DNA from: Capnocytophaga sp.
GTDB lineage: Bacteria; Bacteroidota; Bacteroidia; Flavobacteriales; Flavobacteriaceae
DNA length: 64,000 bases
Assembly (NCBI GenBank): GCA_030530525.1
Contig: JAUMUT010000001.1
Span: 114,896 to 178,895, forward strand
Direction of reading: 5' to 3'
Below, piece after piece: positions 38,120 through 49,151 of the stretch. The number at the start of each line of letters is the position of its first letter. The stretch's first letter is position 1. The position numbers and the translations under genes are program-made. Below the pieces are notes generated by a model that worked only from the letters and a program-made list of their open reading frames with translations, made no database searches and was not told the origin of the DNA.

Positions 38120-39658
38120 TTAATTACCAAACCAGCCTTCTCTGTCAAGGCTTCGGTATTGGATAGCTTCGCCTATGTGGTGTTCTTTTATGTCGTTACT
38201 TTGGTCAAGGTCTGCAATGGTTCGGGCTACTTTTAGTATTCTGTCGTAGGCACGAGCCGAAAGATTTAGCCTTTCCATTGCATTTTTGAGTAAAGCTAAG
38301 GAAGGTTCGTTCAGTTTGCAATATTTCCGTATTTGTTTGGTATTCATTTGTGCATTATAATGAATATGCGGATATTCTGTAAAACGTTCTGTTTGAATAT
38401 TCCGAGCGAGAATGACGCGTTCGCGAATATCTTTACTACTTTCCGCTTTATTTTCGTCAGATAATTTCTCAAACGGAACAGGATTTACTTCAATGTGAAT
38501 ATCTATTCTGTCCAAAAGAGGGCCTGATATTTTGCTAAGATATCGTTGCATTTCGGCAGGAGTACTAACAACAGGCGCATCTGGGTCGTTAAAATAACCG
38601 CTTGGGCTAGGGTTCATACTTGCGACCAACATAAAAGAAGAAGGGTAAGTGATAGTAAATTTTGCCCGAGAAATGGTAACTTCTCTATCTTCCAAAGGCT
38701 GTCGCATTACTTCCAGAACGCTACGTTTAAATTCTGGTAATTCATCTAAAAAAAGAACGCCATTGTGTGCTAAGGAAATTTCGCCAGGCTGTGGATAGCC
38801 CCCGCCTCCTACTAAGGCAACATCCGAAATGGTGTGGTGTGGGCTACGAAACGGACGCTGACAAATCAGTCCATTATCTTTTACCCTACCAACAACGCTA
38901 TGTATTTTGGTTGTTTCTAAGGCTTCTTGTAAGGTCATAGGCGGAAGAATACCCGCCAAACGCTTGGCAAGCATCGTTTTTCCTGAACCAGGTGGCCCAA
39001 TAAGGATAATATTATGCCCACCTGCGGCAGCTATTTCCATACAACGTTTTACGGATTCTTGCCCTTTTACATCAGAAAAATCAAAATCGGGAGTGTCAAA
39101 ATGCTTAAAAAATTCTTCCCGAGTGTTAATTTCTGTTTTTGGTAAAGAAATATCTCCGTTAAGAAAATCAATAACCTGTTTAATATTTTCTACTCCATAA
39201 ACTTCCAAATTATTAACAATTGCAGCTTCTTTGGCGTTTTGGTGAGGCAAAATAAATCCTTTGAAACCTTCGTTTCTGGCTTGTATAGCGATAGGTAAAG
39301 CCCCTTTTATGGGTTGCAAACTTCCGTCTAAGGAAAGTTCTCCCATTATGATATATTGGTCAATTTCAGGACATTGTATTTGCCCATTGGCAGCCAAAAT
39401 ACCGATGGCAAAACTCAAATCATAAGCAGAGCCTTCTTTGCGCATATCGGCAGGTGCCATATTAATGGTTATTTTTTTGCCTGGTATCTTATAATTATTA
39501 TTTTGTAAAGCGGCTGCAATTCTATAATTACTTTCTTTAATAGCATTATCTGGCAAGCCAACTAAGTGATAACCAACCCCTTTGTCAATATTCACTTCAA
39601 TGGTAATGGTGGTGGCTTCTACCCCAAAAACAGCACTTCCATATATTTTCACTAACAT
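38120..39658 (-). CDS. comM: YifB/ComM family Mg-chelatase-like AAA+ ATPase
   Basis: N-terminal Lon-like domain. Walker A GPPGSGKT. Walker [11 protein letters not shown]. 512 aa. Confidence 0.92.
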   Translation of the reverse strand: MLVKIYGSAVFGVEATTITIEVNIDKGVGYHLVGLPDNAIKESNYRIAAALQNNNYKIPGKKITINMAPADMRKEGSAYDLSFAIGILAANGQIQCPEIDQYIIMGELSLDGSLQPIKGALPIAIQARNEGFKGFILPHQNAKEAAIVNNLEVYGVENIKQVIDFLNGDISLPKTEINTREEFFKHFDTPDFDFSDVKGQESVKRCMEIAAAGGHNIILIGPPGSGKTMLAKRLAGILPPMTLQEALETTKIHSVVGRVKDNGLICQRPFRSPHHTISDVALVGGGGYPQPGEISLAHNGVLFLDELPEFKRSVLEVMRQPLEDREVTISRAKFTITYPSSFMLVASMNPSPSGYFNDPDAPVVSTPAEMQRYLSKISGPLLDRIDIHIEVNPVPFEKLSDENKAESSKDIRERVILARNIQTERFTEYPHIHYNAQMNTKQIRKYCKLNEPSLALLKNAMERLNLSARAYDRILKVARTIADLDQSNDIKEHHIGEAIQYRSLDREGWFGN

Positions 39659-39698
39659 AAAAAAATAATTTTAATAAGGTTATAACATATAATTTTTT

Positions 39699-40493
39699 TT
39701 AATTTTTACTTGCCAGAAATAAAAATTTTTTCTCTTCGTGAGTAAGACTTTCGTAGCCACTTTTGCTTATTTTATCCAAAATAGTGTTTATTTTCTCTTC
39801 TTTTTCCTTATCTTGTAAGCGAGTTAATCTATTATCCTGAGATTTTTTCTTTTTTTTAGGTGATTTTCGTTGAAAAATTCCTTTTTTTATAGAAAAAGCA
39901 TAGCAAAAACCGAAAAAAGCTCCTCCAAGATGAGAAATATGCCCGCCTGAGTTGGAAATTGGAATACTTGCCAAGTCAATACACACCATCAATAAGCCAA
40001 AAACCCACAAAGGAAGAGAAAATACGCCAAATAAAAATACTTTGTACTGAGGCGTATAAGTTGCCAGAAAAATAAGTACAGCCATCACTCCTGCCGATGC
40101 CCCAATGAGAATGTCATTTCTATCATAAAAAACAGGAAAAATATTGAAAGACAGCACAAAAAGTATTCCCCCGAAAATGATTCCTAATAAGTATAAGAAT
40201 AAAAACCGCTTCGGGTTAAAAAGATTCATAAAAATAATACCCACAAAATACAACAAAATCATATTAAAAAGTAAATGCAAAAAAGTATTATGCAGGAAAC
40301 CATAAGTAATAAATGTCCAAAATTTTATAAAAAATACGGAAAAAAGCGGAGAAAGTCCTAAATTTTTATAAAAAAATGAAAATTCCGTTTGCCATAGAAA
40401 AGAAATCAAAGAAGGGAAAATAAAACCTATCAGATTGATTGCTATTAAAATATAAACTACGGATAATGAGTGCTTTGCAAATATTCTTTTCAT
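39699..40493 (-). CDS. rhomboid family intramembrane serine protease (with charged C-terminal tail)
   Basis: GASAGVMAVL (GxSG catalytic Ser) and GHISHLGGAFFGF (catalytic His) are rhomboid motifs. A 60-aa cytoplasmic K/E-rich tail follows. 264 aa. Confidence 0.88.
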   Translation of the reverse strand: MKRIFAKHSLSVVYILIAINLIGFIFPSLISFLWQTEFSFFYKNLGLSPLFSVFFIKFWTFITYGFLHNTFLHLLFNMILLYFVGIIFMNLFNPKRFLFLYLLGIIFGGILFVLSFNIFPVFYDRNDILIGASAGVMAVLIFLATYTPQYKVFLFGVFSLPLWVFGLLMVCIDLASIPISNSGGHISHLGGAFFGFCYAFSIKKGIFQRKSPKKKKKSQDNRLTRLQDKEKEEKINTILDKISKSGYESLTHEEKKFLFLASKN

Positions 40494-40509
40494 TTGGTAT
40501 TATTTTTTG

Positions 40510-41256
40510 TTAATAAATTCTTCGGTCGTTGAAAGAATTTTTTCGCCAAATCCACATCAGGATAAATCCAATAATCGCCCCTCCAATATGAGCAAAATGG
40601 GCAATATTTTGTCCGAAAATAGAAAAACCTGTAACGCCAGAGAACAAATCTAACAAAATAAGCACAGGAATAAAATATTTTGCTTTTATAGGAATAGGCA
40701 AGAAAATAAGCATTAATTCTGCATTTGGGAACAACATTCCGAAGGCAACTAAAATACCATAAATAGCCCCAGAAGCTCCCACAGCAGGAGTGAAATAAGC
40801 TGAAAATAAGTTATTTATATCTTCATCTGACAAAATTTCTTTCCAATTGGTGAATATTTGTCCTTTATTAACCACTTCTGTTATTTGTTCATAAGTATAG
40901 CCTTTTTCTAAAAGAATATTCACATAATGATGAAATTCGTAATAATTCACCGCTGTGTGCAAAGTCGCAGCCCCCAGCCCACAAGCAAAATAAAATAAGA
41001 AAAAACGATTACTCCCGAAATAACTTTCCAAAGGCGAACCGAAAGAATACAAAGCAAACATATTAAACAAAATATGCATTTCACTTCCGTGCATAAACAT
41101 ATGAGAAAAAATTTGCCACCAATGGAACTGAGGATTTTCAAAATAATAAAGAGCAGTTTGCGACTTAAAATCGGGGATAATTAAAGCTATTATAAAGAAA
41201 ATAACATTAGCAATAATAAGATGTTTTACGGCACGAGTAATATTCATTCTGTACAA
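40510..41256 (-). CDS. rhomboid family intramembrane serine protease (tandem paralogue)
   Basis: GASGAIYGILVAF and AHFAHIGGAIIGF are rhomboid motifs. 248 aa. 17 nt upstream of the other rhomboid gene. Confidence 0.88.
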   Translation of the reverse strand: MYRMNITRAVKHLIIANVIFFIIALIIPDFKSQTALYYFENPQFHWWQIFSHMFMHGSEMHILFNMFALYSFGSPLESYFGSNRFFLFYFACGLGAATLHTAVNYYEFHHYVNILLEKGYTYEQITEVVNKGQIFTNWKEILSDEDINNLFSAYFTPAVGASGAIYGILVAFGMLFPNAELMLIFLPIPIKAKYFIPVLILLDLFSGVTGFSIFGQNIAHFAHIGGAIIGFILMWIWRKNSFNDRRIY

Positions 41257-41454
41257 AATTAATTAGCAAATGTAGTAAAAAATAAATAAAAACTATAATA
41301 ACAAGATGTTTTTTAACATTTTTAAAGAATTTTACATTTATAATTCTAAAAAAATAACATTTTTATAAAAAATAAAAATACCTGAAAAATAACAAACTAT
41401 TAACAATAATAGAATAAAAATGCGTTTATCTTTGCGCTCTTTTAATCAAAAATA

Positions 41455-42603
41455 ATGTTACGAAAATTATTTCCGCTGGCTATTGGAGGGCTGGCTTTGG
41501 GTTCTACAGAATTTATCTTGATGGGGCTTCTGCGCAATATAGGTAGTAGTATGCAACTTTCAGACGCACAAACAGGACATTTTATAGCAGCTTATGCCCT
41601 TGGTGTGGTGTTTGGAGCTCCTACTTTGGTAGCACTAAGTTCCAAATACAATCCTAAAAAAATATTAATGGGATTGATGTTGCTATTCACTATTTTTAAC
41701 GGACTTTCGGCGGTAATGCCCGATTATTATTCGTTTTTGGTAGCGAGGTTTTTCTCTGGTTTGCCACACGGAGCATTTTTTGGAGTAGGAGCAATTATCG
41801 CAAAACAATTAGCCCCAAAAGGGAAAGAAGCTATTGCTATTTCGGTAATGTTCGGGGGGCTTACTTTTGCTATTCTGTTAATGGTTCCTTTGCTTACATT
41901 TTTCGGAAATATGATACACTGGCGTTGGGCAATGGGCATTGTGGCGTCGTTAGGTTTGCTTACATTTTTCTCTATTTTATTCTTTTTGCCAAATGTAGAA
42001 AGAGAAGGAAAATTAGGCATAAAGAAAGAAATTATTACATTTTTCGGAACAAAATCGGTTTTAGTGTTAATAATCACTATTTTTGGTTGTAGTGGGCTTT
42101 TTGCGTGGTTCAGCTACATACAACCGCTAATGCTGGAATATGGACACATCAGCGAAGGGAATACCCATATTGTAATGATGGTGGCAGGTGTTGGAATGGT
42201 AGTTGGAAATTTCTTCGGGGGTTGGCTTGCCGATAAAATTCGCCCTATACGAGCAAGTATTATCATTTTAACATTAATGGTACTTGTGCTTACTTTGGTT
42301 TTTATTTTTGCAAAAGATACTCTAATGGCTTGGGTACTAACGTTTTTCTGCGGAATAATGGCTATGTCACTTGGTTCGCCACTGAATATTATAATGTTTC
42401 GTGCAGCACCTCACTCTCAAATGATGGGAGCAGCCTTTATGCAAGCCGCCTTCAATACGGCTAATTCCATAGGAGCATACTTCGGAGGAATACCATTAAA
42501 ATATGGTGCGAATTATCCTTCCTTAGTGGGTGCAGGAATGGCTTTCACAGGTTTATTATTCTGTTTGTATATGTCTAAAAAATACGGAAAATCATTTATT
42601 TAG
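41455..42603 (+). CDS. MFS transporter
   Basis: 382 aa. 12 predicted TM helices. MFS-like loop motifs (GxLaDrxGrr-like: GGWLADKIRP). ATCTTTGC box upstream. Hairpin terminator at 42666-42690. Confidence 0.85.
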   Translation: MLRKLFPLAIGGLALGSTEFILMGLLRNIGSSMQLSDAQTGHFIAAYALGVVFGAPTLVALSSKYNPKKILMGLMLLFTIFNGLSAVMPDYYSFLVARFFSGLPHGAFFGVGAIIAKQLAPKGKEAIAISVMFGGLTFAILLMVPLLTFFGNMIHWRWAMGIVASLGLLTFFSILFFLPNVEREGKLGIKKEIITFFGTKSVLVLIITIFGCSGLFAWFSYIQPLMLEYGHISEGNTHIVMMVAGVGMVVGNFFGGWLADKIRPIRASIIILTLMVLVLTLVFIFAKDTLMAWVLTFFCGIMAMSLGSPLNIIMFRAAPHSQMMGAAFMQAAFNTANSIGAYFGGIPLKYGANYPSLVGAGMAFTGLLFCLYMSKKYGKSFI

Positions 42604-42984
42604 ATGAAAAAAGTATCTTTTATATAAATTAAAAAATATTCATTTAATATTGCGTCAAAAAACAAAAGGCTACAATTTAGTAGCCTTTTCTCATTAAATT
42701 AAAAAATATTGTATTAGAATTATTTTACAAAGAATTTTCATCAAAAAAAAATTTCTAAAACAGCACCTAATTCTCTCTTGTACTTATAAATAAACTCTAT
42801 ATTACTCTTCTCCAAATCAAGAGCAGTAACCGAAGAAAATCCCCTATCAGAAATTTGGTACAAAGATAAGAAATAAATTTATTTTTATATTATTTTTAAC
42901 TTAATATTAAACTATTTTATATTTTAAATCAAAATAATTCTAATTTTTATTGTAATTTTATATTAAAAAATAGTTTTAAATATA

Positions 42985-43018
42985 CAAAAAAAAGGAATTG
43001 TAAATACAACAACTCCTT
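42985..43018 (-). terminator. rho-independent terminator after purB
   Basis: Minus strand reads aaggagttgt-loop-acaattcctt followed by TTTTTTTT, immediately after the purB stop. Confidence 0.55.
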
Positions 43019-43046
43019 TTTATAATTTCATTTTTTTATAATTTAT

Positions 43047-44390
43047 TTACAAATATTCTCCTCCTGTATAATTTTGTGGAGTAATGGCTTTTAACTCTTC
43101 TTTCACAGAAGCTGATATTTCTAAATTACTTACAAAATTAGAAATGCTTTCGGCATTAATTTTTTCATTCGTTCTGGTAAGTGTTTTTAAGGCTTCATAT
43201 GGGTTGGGGTAGCCTTCTCGTCTTAAAATAGTTTGAATAGCTTCGGCTACAACCGCCCAATTTTCTTCCAAATCATTATGTATTTTTTCAGGATTTAAAA
43301 TAAGTTTGTCCAAGCCTTTAAGCGTTGATTGTAAAGCAATTAAAATATGCCCGAAAGGCACACCAACATTGCGCAAAACCGTGCTATCGGTAAGGTCGCG
43401 TTGCAAGCGAGAAATAGGTAATTTTGCCGAAAGATGCTCCAAAATAGCATTGGCAATTCCTAAATTTCCTTCCGAATTTTCAAAATCAATAGGATTTACT
43501 TTATGTGGCATCGCCGAAGAACCTACTTCGCCTGCTTTTATTTTTTGCTTAAAATAATCCATAGAAATATACGTCCAAATATCTCTATTGAGGTCTATCA
43601 AAATAGTATTTATGCGTTTTAGAAAATCAAAAAGCGAAGCTAAATTATCATAATGTTCTATCTGAGTAGTTGGAAATGAATGACTTAGACCTAAATATTT
43701 TTCTACAAAATTTGTTCCAAAATCTTTCCAATGGATAAACGGATAGGCTACTTTATGCGCATTATAATTGCCCGTAGCACCGCCAAATTTCGCCGAATAC
43801 GGAATGTTTTTCTGTTGCTTGCACTGCTCTTTTATCCGAGTGGAAAATACCAAAATTTCTTTACCTAACCGAGTTGGCGAAGCAGGTTGCCCGTGCGTAC
43901 GCGCCAAAAGCGGAATAGCTTTCCATTCGTTAGCAAAAAAATCTAATTTTTCTATAACTTTCTGTAATTCAGGTAAATAAACCTCTTCCATTGCTTCTTT
44001 AATAGATAACGGAATGGCTGTATTGTTAATATCTTGTGAAGTAAGCCCAAAATGAATAAATTCTTTATACTTATCCAAGCCCAAGCGGTCAAACTCTTGT
44101 TTTATAAAATATTCTACCGCTTTTACATCGTGGTTGGTAGTTTGTTCTATTTCTTTGATTTTCAAAGCATTTTCATTAGAAAAATGAAGATAAATATCTC
44201 TTAATTTTTGAAAATTTTCTTTGTTAAAATCAGCAAGTTGTGGTAAAGGAATTTCGCATAATGCGATAAAATATTCCACTTCCACACGCACCCGATATTT
44301 TATCAAGGCTTGTTCTGAGAAAAAGGCTTGCAAAGCCTTTGTTTTGCTGGCATAACGACCATCAATAGGAGAAATAGCTATTAAAGACAT
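43047..44390 (-). CDS. purB: adenylosuccinate lyase
   Basis: 447 aa. MSLIAISPIDGRYASKT is the PurB N-terminus (SPIDGRY). Fumarase/aspartase-family signature GSSAMPHKVNP. Confidence 0.95.
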   Translation of the reverse strand: MSLIAISPIDGRYASKTKALQAFFSEQALIKYRVRVEVEYFIALCEIPLPQLADFNKENFQKLRDIYLHFSNENALKIKEIEQTTNHDVKAVEYFIKQEFDRLGLDKYKEFIHFGLTSQDINNTAIPLSIKEAMEEVYLPELQKVIEKLDFFANEWKAIPLLARTHGQPASPTRLGKEILVFSTRIKEQCKQQKNIPYSAKFGGATGNYNAHKVAYPFIHWKDFGTNFVEKYLGLSHSFPTTQIEHYDNLASLFDFLKRINTILIDLNRDIWTYISMDYFKQKIKAGEVGSSAMPHKVNPIDFENSEGNLGIANAILEHLSAKLPISRLQRDLTDSTVLRNVGVPFGHILIALQSTLKGLDKLILNPEKIHNDLEENWAVVAEAIQTILRREGYPNPYEALKTLTRTNEKINAESISNFVSNLEISASVKEELKAITPQNYTGGEYL

Positions 44391-44425
44391 CTTTTAACGA
44401 TTTAAAAAGGCAAAGATAAGAAAAA

Positions 44426-45112
44426 TTATAGACTTTTTATTAAATTTATATTCATTTTTGCAGAAAGTTCGCCCGCTTTTTCTACAAAAGTATCATAAGA
44501 AACGGTATCACCTTCGCCTGCATTGTCTGAAATAGCTCGAAGCACCAAGAAAGGCGTTTGTAAAAGATAACACGTTTGCGCTATGGCTGCCGCTTCCATT
44601 TCTACGGCAAGTGCCGAAGGGAAATTCTGTTCTATCCAAAGTTTTTTTTCAGGATTGTGAATAAAACTATCTCCACTAACTATTGGCGCACAATGTAATT
44701 GATTTGTAAATTGAAGACAATTTTGTTTTGCTTTTTCTAACCATTGATTATCAGTAATATATGAAACAGGCATTTGTGCTTGTTGCCCCAATTGATAGCC
44801 AAAAGCAGTTACATCTACATCGTAATATGCCACTTCGGTAGCTAAAATAAGGTCATACACTCGTGAGGTTTGTAGCCCACCCGCTGTGCCTGTATTGATA
44901 ACCAAATCGGGCGAAAAAGTATGAATAAGCAAAGCTGTCCCCACCGAAGCACTCACCTTCCCTATTCCTGAAAGTAAAATAACCACTTGGTGATTTCCTA
45001 TTTTTCCTTCATAGAAAGAAAACCGAGATATTTTTGTTTCTTTTGCATCTTTCAAATGTTCTCTAAGCAATTGAATTTCAATATCCATTGCTCCAATAAT
45101 TCCTATTTTCAT
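44426..45112 (-). CDS. mtnN: 5'-methylthioadenosine/S-adenosylhomocysteine nucleosidase
   Basis: MKIGIIGAMDIEI is the Pfs/MtnN N-terminus, followed by VEMEAAAIAQ. 228 aa. Confidence 0.9.
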   Translation of the reverse strand: MKIGIIGAMDIEIQLLREHLKDAKETKISRFSFYEGKIGNHQVVILLSGIGKVSASVGTALLIHTFSPDLVINTGTAGGLQTSRVYDLILATEVAYYDVDVTAFGYQLGQQAQMPVSYITDNQWLEKAKQNCLQFTNQLHCAPIVSGDSFIHNPEKKLWIEQNFPSALAVEMEAAAIAQTCYLLQTPFLVLRAISDNAGEGDTVSYDTFVEKAGELSAKMNINLIKSL

Positions 45113-45564
45113 TATTCTTTATTTTTGGTATCTATAAAAATGGTAACAGGCCCATCGTTGGTAAGATTTATTTTCATATCAGCTCCGAAAACTCCTGTTT
45201 TTATCTTTTCATTAAAATTTTTCTTTATAAAAAGAATAAATTGTTCGTAAATAGGAATAGAAACTTCTGGTTTGGCAGCTCGTATATAAGAAGGTCTGTT
45301 TCCTTTTTTGGTAGAAGCGTGTAGAGTAAATTGACTAACAATCATTATTTCTCCTTGTATATCTTCCACAGAAAGGTTCATAACTCCCTGATTATCATCA
45401 AATATTCTCATTTTAAGAATTTTATTTGCCAGCCATTCTATATCTTCTTGTGTGTCCGTATCTTCTATTCCCAAAAGCACAACAAGTCCTTTTTCTATTT
45501 GAGAATATATATTTTGTTCAATAGTAAGGCTGGCTTGGGAAACGCGCTGTATAATAGCTCTCAT
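45112..45564 (-). CDS. dtd: D-aminoacyl-tRNA deacylase
   Basis: MRAIIQRVSQASLTI...SQFTL..GNRPS are Dtd motifs. 150 aa. Its stop overlaps the mtnN start. Confidence 0.92.
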   Translation of the reverse strand: MRAIIQRVSQASLTIEQNIYSQIEKGLVVLLGIEDTDTQEDIEWLANKILKMRIFDDNQGVMNLSVEDIQGEIMIVSQFTLHASTKKGNRPSYIRAAKPEVSIPIYEQFILFIKKNFNEKIKTGVFGADMKINLTNDGPVTIFIDTKNKE

Positions 45565-45597
45565 TTGTAAATAATTGAAAATCTGTTATTTATATCT

Positions 45598-47706
45598 TTA
45601 AAAAATAAGTGTTCCGCCTTGCATTATTTCTTTGTAAAGAATAAATTTTCTATCCAAAGGTTTTCCGTTAAGCGAAGGAATGGTATTGGCAGAATTTTTT
45701 TGTTTAATTATGGTAAAACTATTTCCGTTTTCCAGATGTAAAATAGTTTTATCAAAAAAAGGTTTTCCAAAATAAAATTTGCCATCGGCGGGGTTAATAG
45801 GGTAAAAACCTAAGGCACTAAGTACGTACCAAGAAGACATTTGCCCACAATCTTCGTTGCCACAATGCCCATCGGGAGTGTTTTTATATTGTGTTTGCAT
45901 AATTTGTTGTATGCGTTCTTGGGCTTTTTCTGGCTTGGAAGTGAAATTGTATAAATAGGCAACGTGGTGACTGGGTTCATTGCCTTGCACATACTGCCCT
46001 ATCATTCCTGTACTGAAAATAGGCAATTTTTCATCGGGAGTAGAAGCAAGAGAAAACATAGAGTCCAACTTTATTTCCAAAGCATCTTTTCCGCCCATTT
46101 TCTCTATCATTCCTTCTATATTTTGAGGAACAAAAAAGCGATAATGCCAAGCGTTACTTTCGCAGAAATAAGGAGTGTAATCTTTTGGATTAAAGTTAGT
46201 TATAAAATTTCCTTTACTATCTTTCGGGCGGAAGAACATTGTATTTTCATCGAATAAATTTCGCCAATTTTCTGATCTATTTTTAAAATACAAAGCATCT
46301 TCGGTTTTGCCTAAGGCTTGGGCAAACTCAGCTATACACCAATCATCATAAGCATATTCTAAGGTTTTGGAAACAGACCAATTTTCTCCTGATTTGTCCA
46401 AATCATACGGAATGTAGCCATATTTTTTATACAAATCTATTTCTCGTTCTTCTACCATTGCACTGGCTTTACAAGCATCATAAGCAAGCTCTGTATCCAT
46501 TGGTATTCCTTTAAAATAAGCATCTACGATAATAGACACAGCGTGGTAGCCTATCATCATATTCGTTTCGCCTCCTTGCATACTCCACACGGGCAAAGTA
46601 CCTGTTTTGTTATAATGAATTAAGAAACTTTTTATAAAATCTTTACTAATCTTGGGGTGCAAAATAGTATATAACGGATGTGCCGCTCGGAAGGTATCCC
46701 AAAGGGAAAAAGTATCGTATCTGTCCGTATCATTAGCATCGCTTAACAGATTTGGAGCAAGCATTGACTGATACAACATTGTGTAAAATATTATTTTTTC
46801 ATCTTTTGTACCACCTTCTATGGTTATTTTTTGTAATTCATTTTGCCAAAGTTTTTTTGCATTTTTTTTATATTCTTCAAAATTAAAATGAGTAGCTTCG
46901 GTATGCATATTTTTATAAGCACCTTCTATATTTGTCATAGAAAGTGCGGTTTTTATAATAATTTTTTCATTATCCGAAGTTTTATAATGAAGAGTAATTT
47001 TGGAATTATTCGTTTTATCGCCTGTATTTTCTTCGGAAAGAGAATAATTTTCAAAAGGTTTGGAAAATTGCGCTACAAAATACACTTTTTGGTTTCTTGC
47101 CCATCCTGTAGAAAAACGATAACCTTCTATGGTAGTGTCATTTACTACTTTGATGTGAGTTTCGGTAGTTTTATCCCAATTTATAGAATAAGATAAATCA
47201 ATGGTAATCAATGAATTATCATCTTTCGGGAAAGTATATTGTTGTATGCCAACACGAGGGGTTGTGGTTAGTTCTGCTTTTATTCCGTAACTGAGCAAAT
47301 CTACGGAATAATAACCTGCTGTTGCCGTTTCGTGCTGATGGTTAAAATAAGAAAAAGGCTTATAGTTGTTGGTTTCTATTCGTTTATCAAAACGGCTATT
47401 GGTGGGCATTATCAGCACATCATAAAGGTCGCCTGCACCTGTACCCGAAAGGTGTGTGTGTGAAAATCCTGTGATGATACTATCTTGATAAAAGTATCCT
47501 GAAATTCTGTCCCAGCCCGCTATGCCAATATCTGGGCTAAGCTGTACCATTCCGAAAGGGGTCATTGCTCCTGGATAAGTGTTCCCTGTTCCGTCCGTTC
47601 CTATAAACGGATTCACATAAGAAGTTAAATCAGAGATAGAGAGGGTTACTTCTTCTTTTTTGCAAGAAAAAGATAATAATGCTAAAATAAACAAAGACTT
47701 TTTCAT
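45598..47706 (-). CDS. glycoside hydrolase family 92 (alpha-1,2-mannosidase-like) lipoprotein
   Basis: NPFIGTDGTGNTYPGAMTPFGMVQLSPD is the GH92 N-terminal signature. Lipoprotein signal MKKSLFILALLSFSC. About 700 aa. The ORF-track start at 47715 is 3 codons further upstream. Confidence 0.88.
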   Translation of the reverse strand: MKKSLFILALLSFSCKKEEVTLSISDLTSYVNPFIGTDGTGNTYPGAMTPFGMVQLSPDIGIAGWDRISGYFYQDSIITGFSHTHLSGTGAGDLYDVLIMPTNSRFDKRIETNNYKPFSYFNHQHETATAGYYSVDLLSYGIKAELTTTPRVGIQQYTFPKDDNSLITIDLSYSINWDKTTETHIKVVNDTTIEGYRFSTGWARNQKVYFVAQFSKPFENYSLSEENTGDKTNNSKITLHYKTSDNEKIIIKTALSMTNIEGAYKNMHTEATHFNFEEYKKNAKKLWQNELQKITIEGGTKDEKIIFYTMLYQSMLAPNLLSDANDTDRYDTFSLWDTFRAAHPLYTILHPKISKDFIKSFLIHYNKTGTLPVWSMQGGETNMMIGYHAVSIIVDAYFKGIPMDTELAYDACKASAMVEEREIDLYKKYGYIPYDLDKSGENWSVSKTLEYAYDDWCIAEFAQALGKTEDALYFKNRSENWRNLFDENTMFFRPKDSKGNFITNFNPKDYTPYFCESNAWHYRFFVPQNIEGMIEKMGGKDALEIKLDSMFSLASTPDEKLPIFSTGMIGQYVQGNEPSHHVAYLYNFTSKPEKAQERIQQIMQTQYKNTPDGHCGNEDCGQMSSWYVLSALGFYPINPADGKFYFGKPFFDKTILHLENGNSFTIIKQKNSANTIPSLNGKPLDRKFILYKEIMQGGTLIF

Positions 47707-47758
47707 ATTTACCAATGTAAAATATTTGCAAATATACGATTTTTTATCCTAATATTAG

Positions 47759-48535
47759 TTAAAAATTCTCTTGTTTTACTTCTATTGGTATTCCCTTTGG
47801 CATAAATAGTTTCAAAATTTCAGGATTTTTATTCGTAAGCCATTTATGTTTACCTTCTTTACCCAAAGAAGATAATAGATTATTTTGTTCTAAAATATGT
47901 TTCGTTTGCCTTGCGACAGCCTCGCCAGAGTCTATTATTTTTATATTTTTAGGGATAATTTGTTGTATTTGTTCTAAAAGATAAGGATAATGTGTGCAAC
48001 CCAATACCAAATAATCTATATTTTTGGCTACCATCGGGGTAAGGTATTTCTCTAATAAATTGTATATTTGTGCAGAATTGTGTTTTCCTTCTTCTATAAG
48101 TTCTACCAGCCCCTCGCCTATTTGTTCTATAATTGTTACCCCAGATTGGATAAAATTTTGACTTGTTCGTGCAAAAAGTTCGCTACTTAATGTGCCTTTT
48201 GTAGCCAAAACACCTATTTTTTTTGTTTTACTATTCAGGCTTGCAGGTTTTATAGCAGGTTCTATACCTATGAAAGGTACTTTGTATTTTGTTCTAAGGT
48301 GAGAAATGGCATTGGTTGTGGCTGTATTACAAGCAACTACAATGATTTTACAATGATTCTCTAATAGAAATTCTACATTTTTCTCACAAAGTGAAATTAT
48401 TTTATCTTTTCCTTTTATTCCGTAAGGAGCATTGGCACTATCTGCCAAGAAAATAGTACTTTCGTAAGGCAAAGTATGCACTATTTCTCGCCAAATACTT
48501 GTTCCTCCAATTCCTGAATCAAATAAACCTATCAT
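47759..48535 (-). CDS. murI: glutamate racemase
   Basis: MIGLFDSGIGGTS, ACNTAT and GCTHYP are MurI catalytic motifs. 258 aa. Confidence 0.93.
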   Translation of the reverse strand: MIGLFDSGIGGTSIWREIVHTLPYESTIFLADSANAPYGIKGKDKIISLCEKNVEFLLENHCKIIVVACNTATTNAISHLRTKYKVPFIGIEPAIKPASLNSKTKKIGVLATKGTLSSELFARTSQNFIQSGVTIIEQIGEGLVELIEEGKHNSAQIYNLLEKYLTPMVAKNIDYLVLGCTHYPYLLEQIQQIIPKNIKIIDSGEAVARQTKHILEQNNLLSSLGKEGKHKWLTNKNPEILKLFMPKGIPIEVKQENF

Positions 48536-48597
48536 AATACTAAAAAAAGTGCCTCCTAAGAAGCACTTTTCAACAATTTAATTTTTAAACATTATGA

Positions 48598-49125
48598 CTA
48601 AAAACCTAATTCTTTTTTAACACTGCTATAAAGGTCTTCTCCGTCAGCTACAATAACTCCTGACCCTTGTGTAGAGTCCAAAACGTATTGTATTCCTTTT
48701 GCTTTTGCTACCTTTTCTACAGCTTTTTTAGCTTTTTCCATTATAGGAGCGATAAGAGTTTCTCTTTTCTTTTGCAAATCTTCGGCAGCAGTTTGTTGTG
48801 CTTGGCGAATGTTGTTTTGCATAGTTTCCAAAGTTCTGCTTTCTTTTTCAAGGTCAGATTGTTGTGCTTTTAGCTGCGCTTCGGTAAGTGCGCTAATTTT
48901 CTTTTGGAAAGCCTCTGCTTTGGTTTGGTATTCTTTGAAAGAAGCCTGCAAATCATTAGTATAAGTTTGTTCCAATTTTTGTAATTGTGATTGTGCAGAT
49001 TTCATTTCAGGCATTTCATTTAGTAGTTTTTGAGAATCAATATGTGCTACTTTACTTTGTGCCATTACAGAACCACTCAACATAAGAGCAGCTACTATCA
49101 CCCAATTTCTGATGTTTTTTACCAT
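48598..49125 (-). CDS. OmpH/Skp family periplasmic chaperone
   Basis: Signal peptide followed by a coiled-coil Skp-like sequence. 175 aa. Lies in the conserved ompH-ompH-murI arrangement. Confidence 0.85.
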   Translation of the reverse strand: MVKNIRNWVIVAALMLSGSVMAQSKVAHIDSQKLLNEMPEMKSAQSQLQKLEQTYTNDLQASFKEYQTKAEAFQKKISALTEAQLKAQQSDLEKESRTLETMQNNIRQAQQTAAEDLQKKRETLIAPIMEKAKKAVEKVAKAKGIQYVLDSTQGSGVIVADGEDLYSSVKKELGF

Positions 49126-49151
49126 TTGCTTATTGTATTAATTAATTTTAT

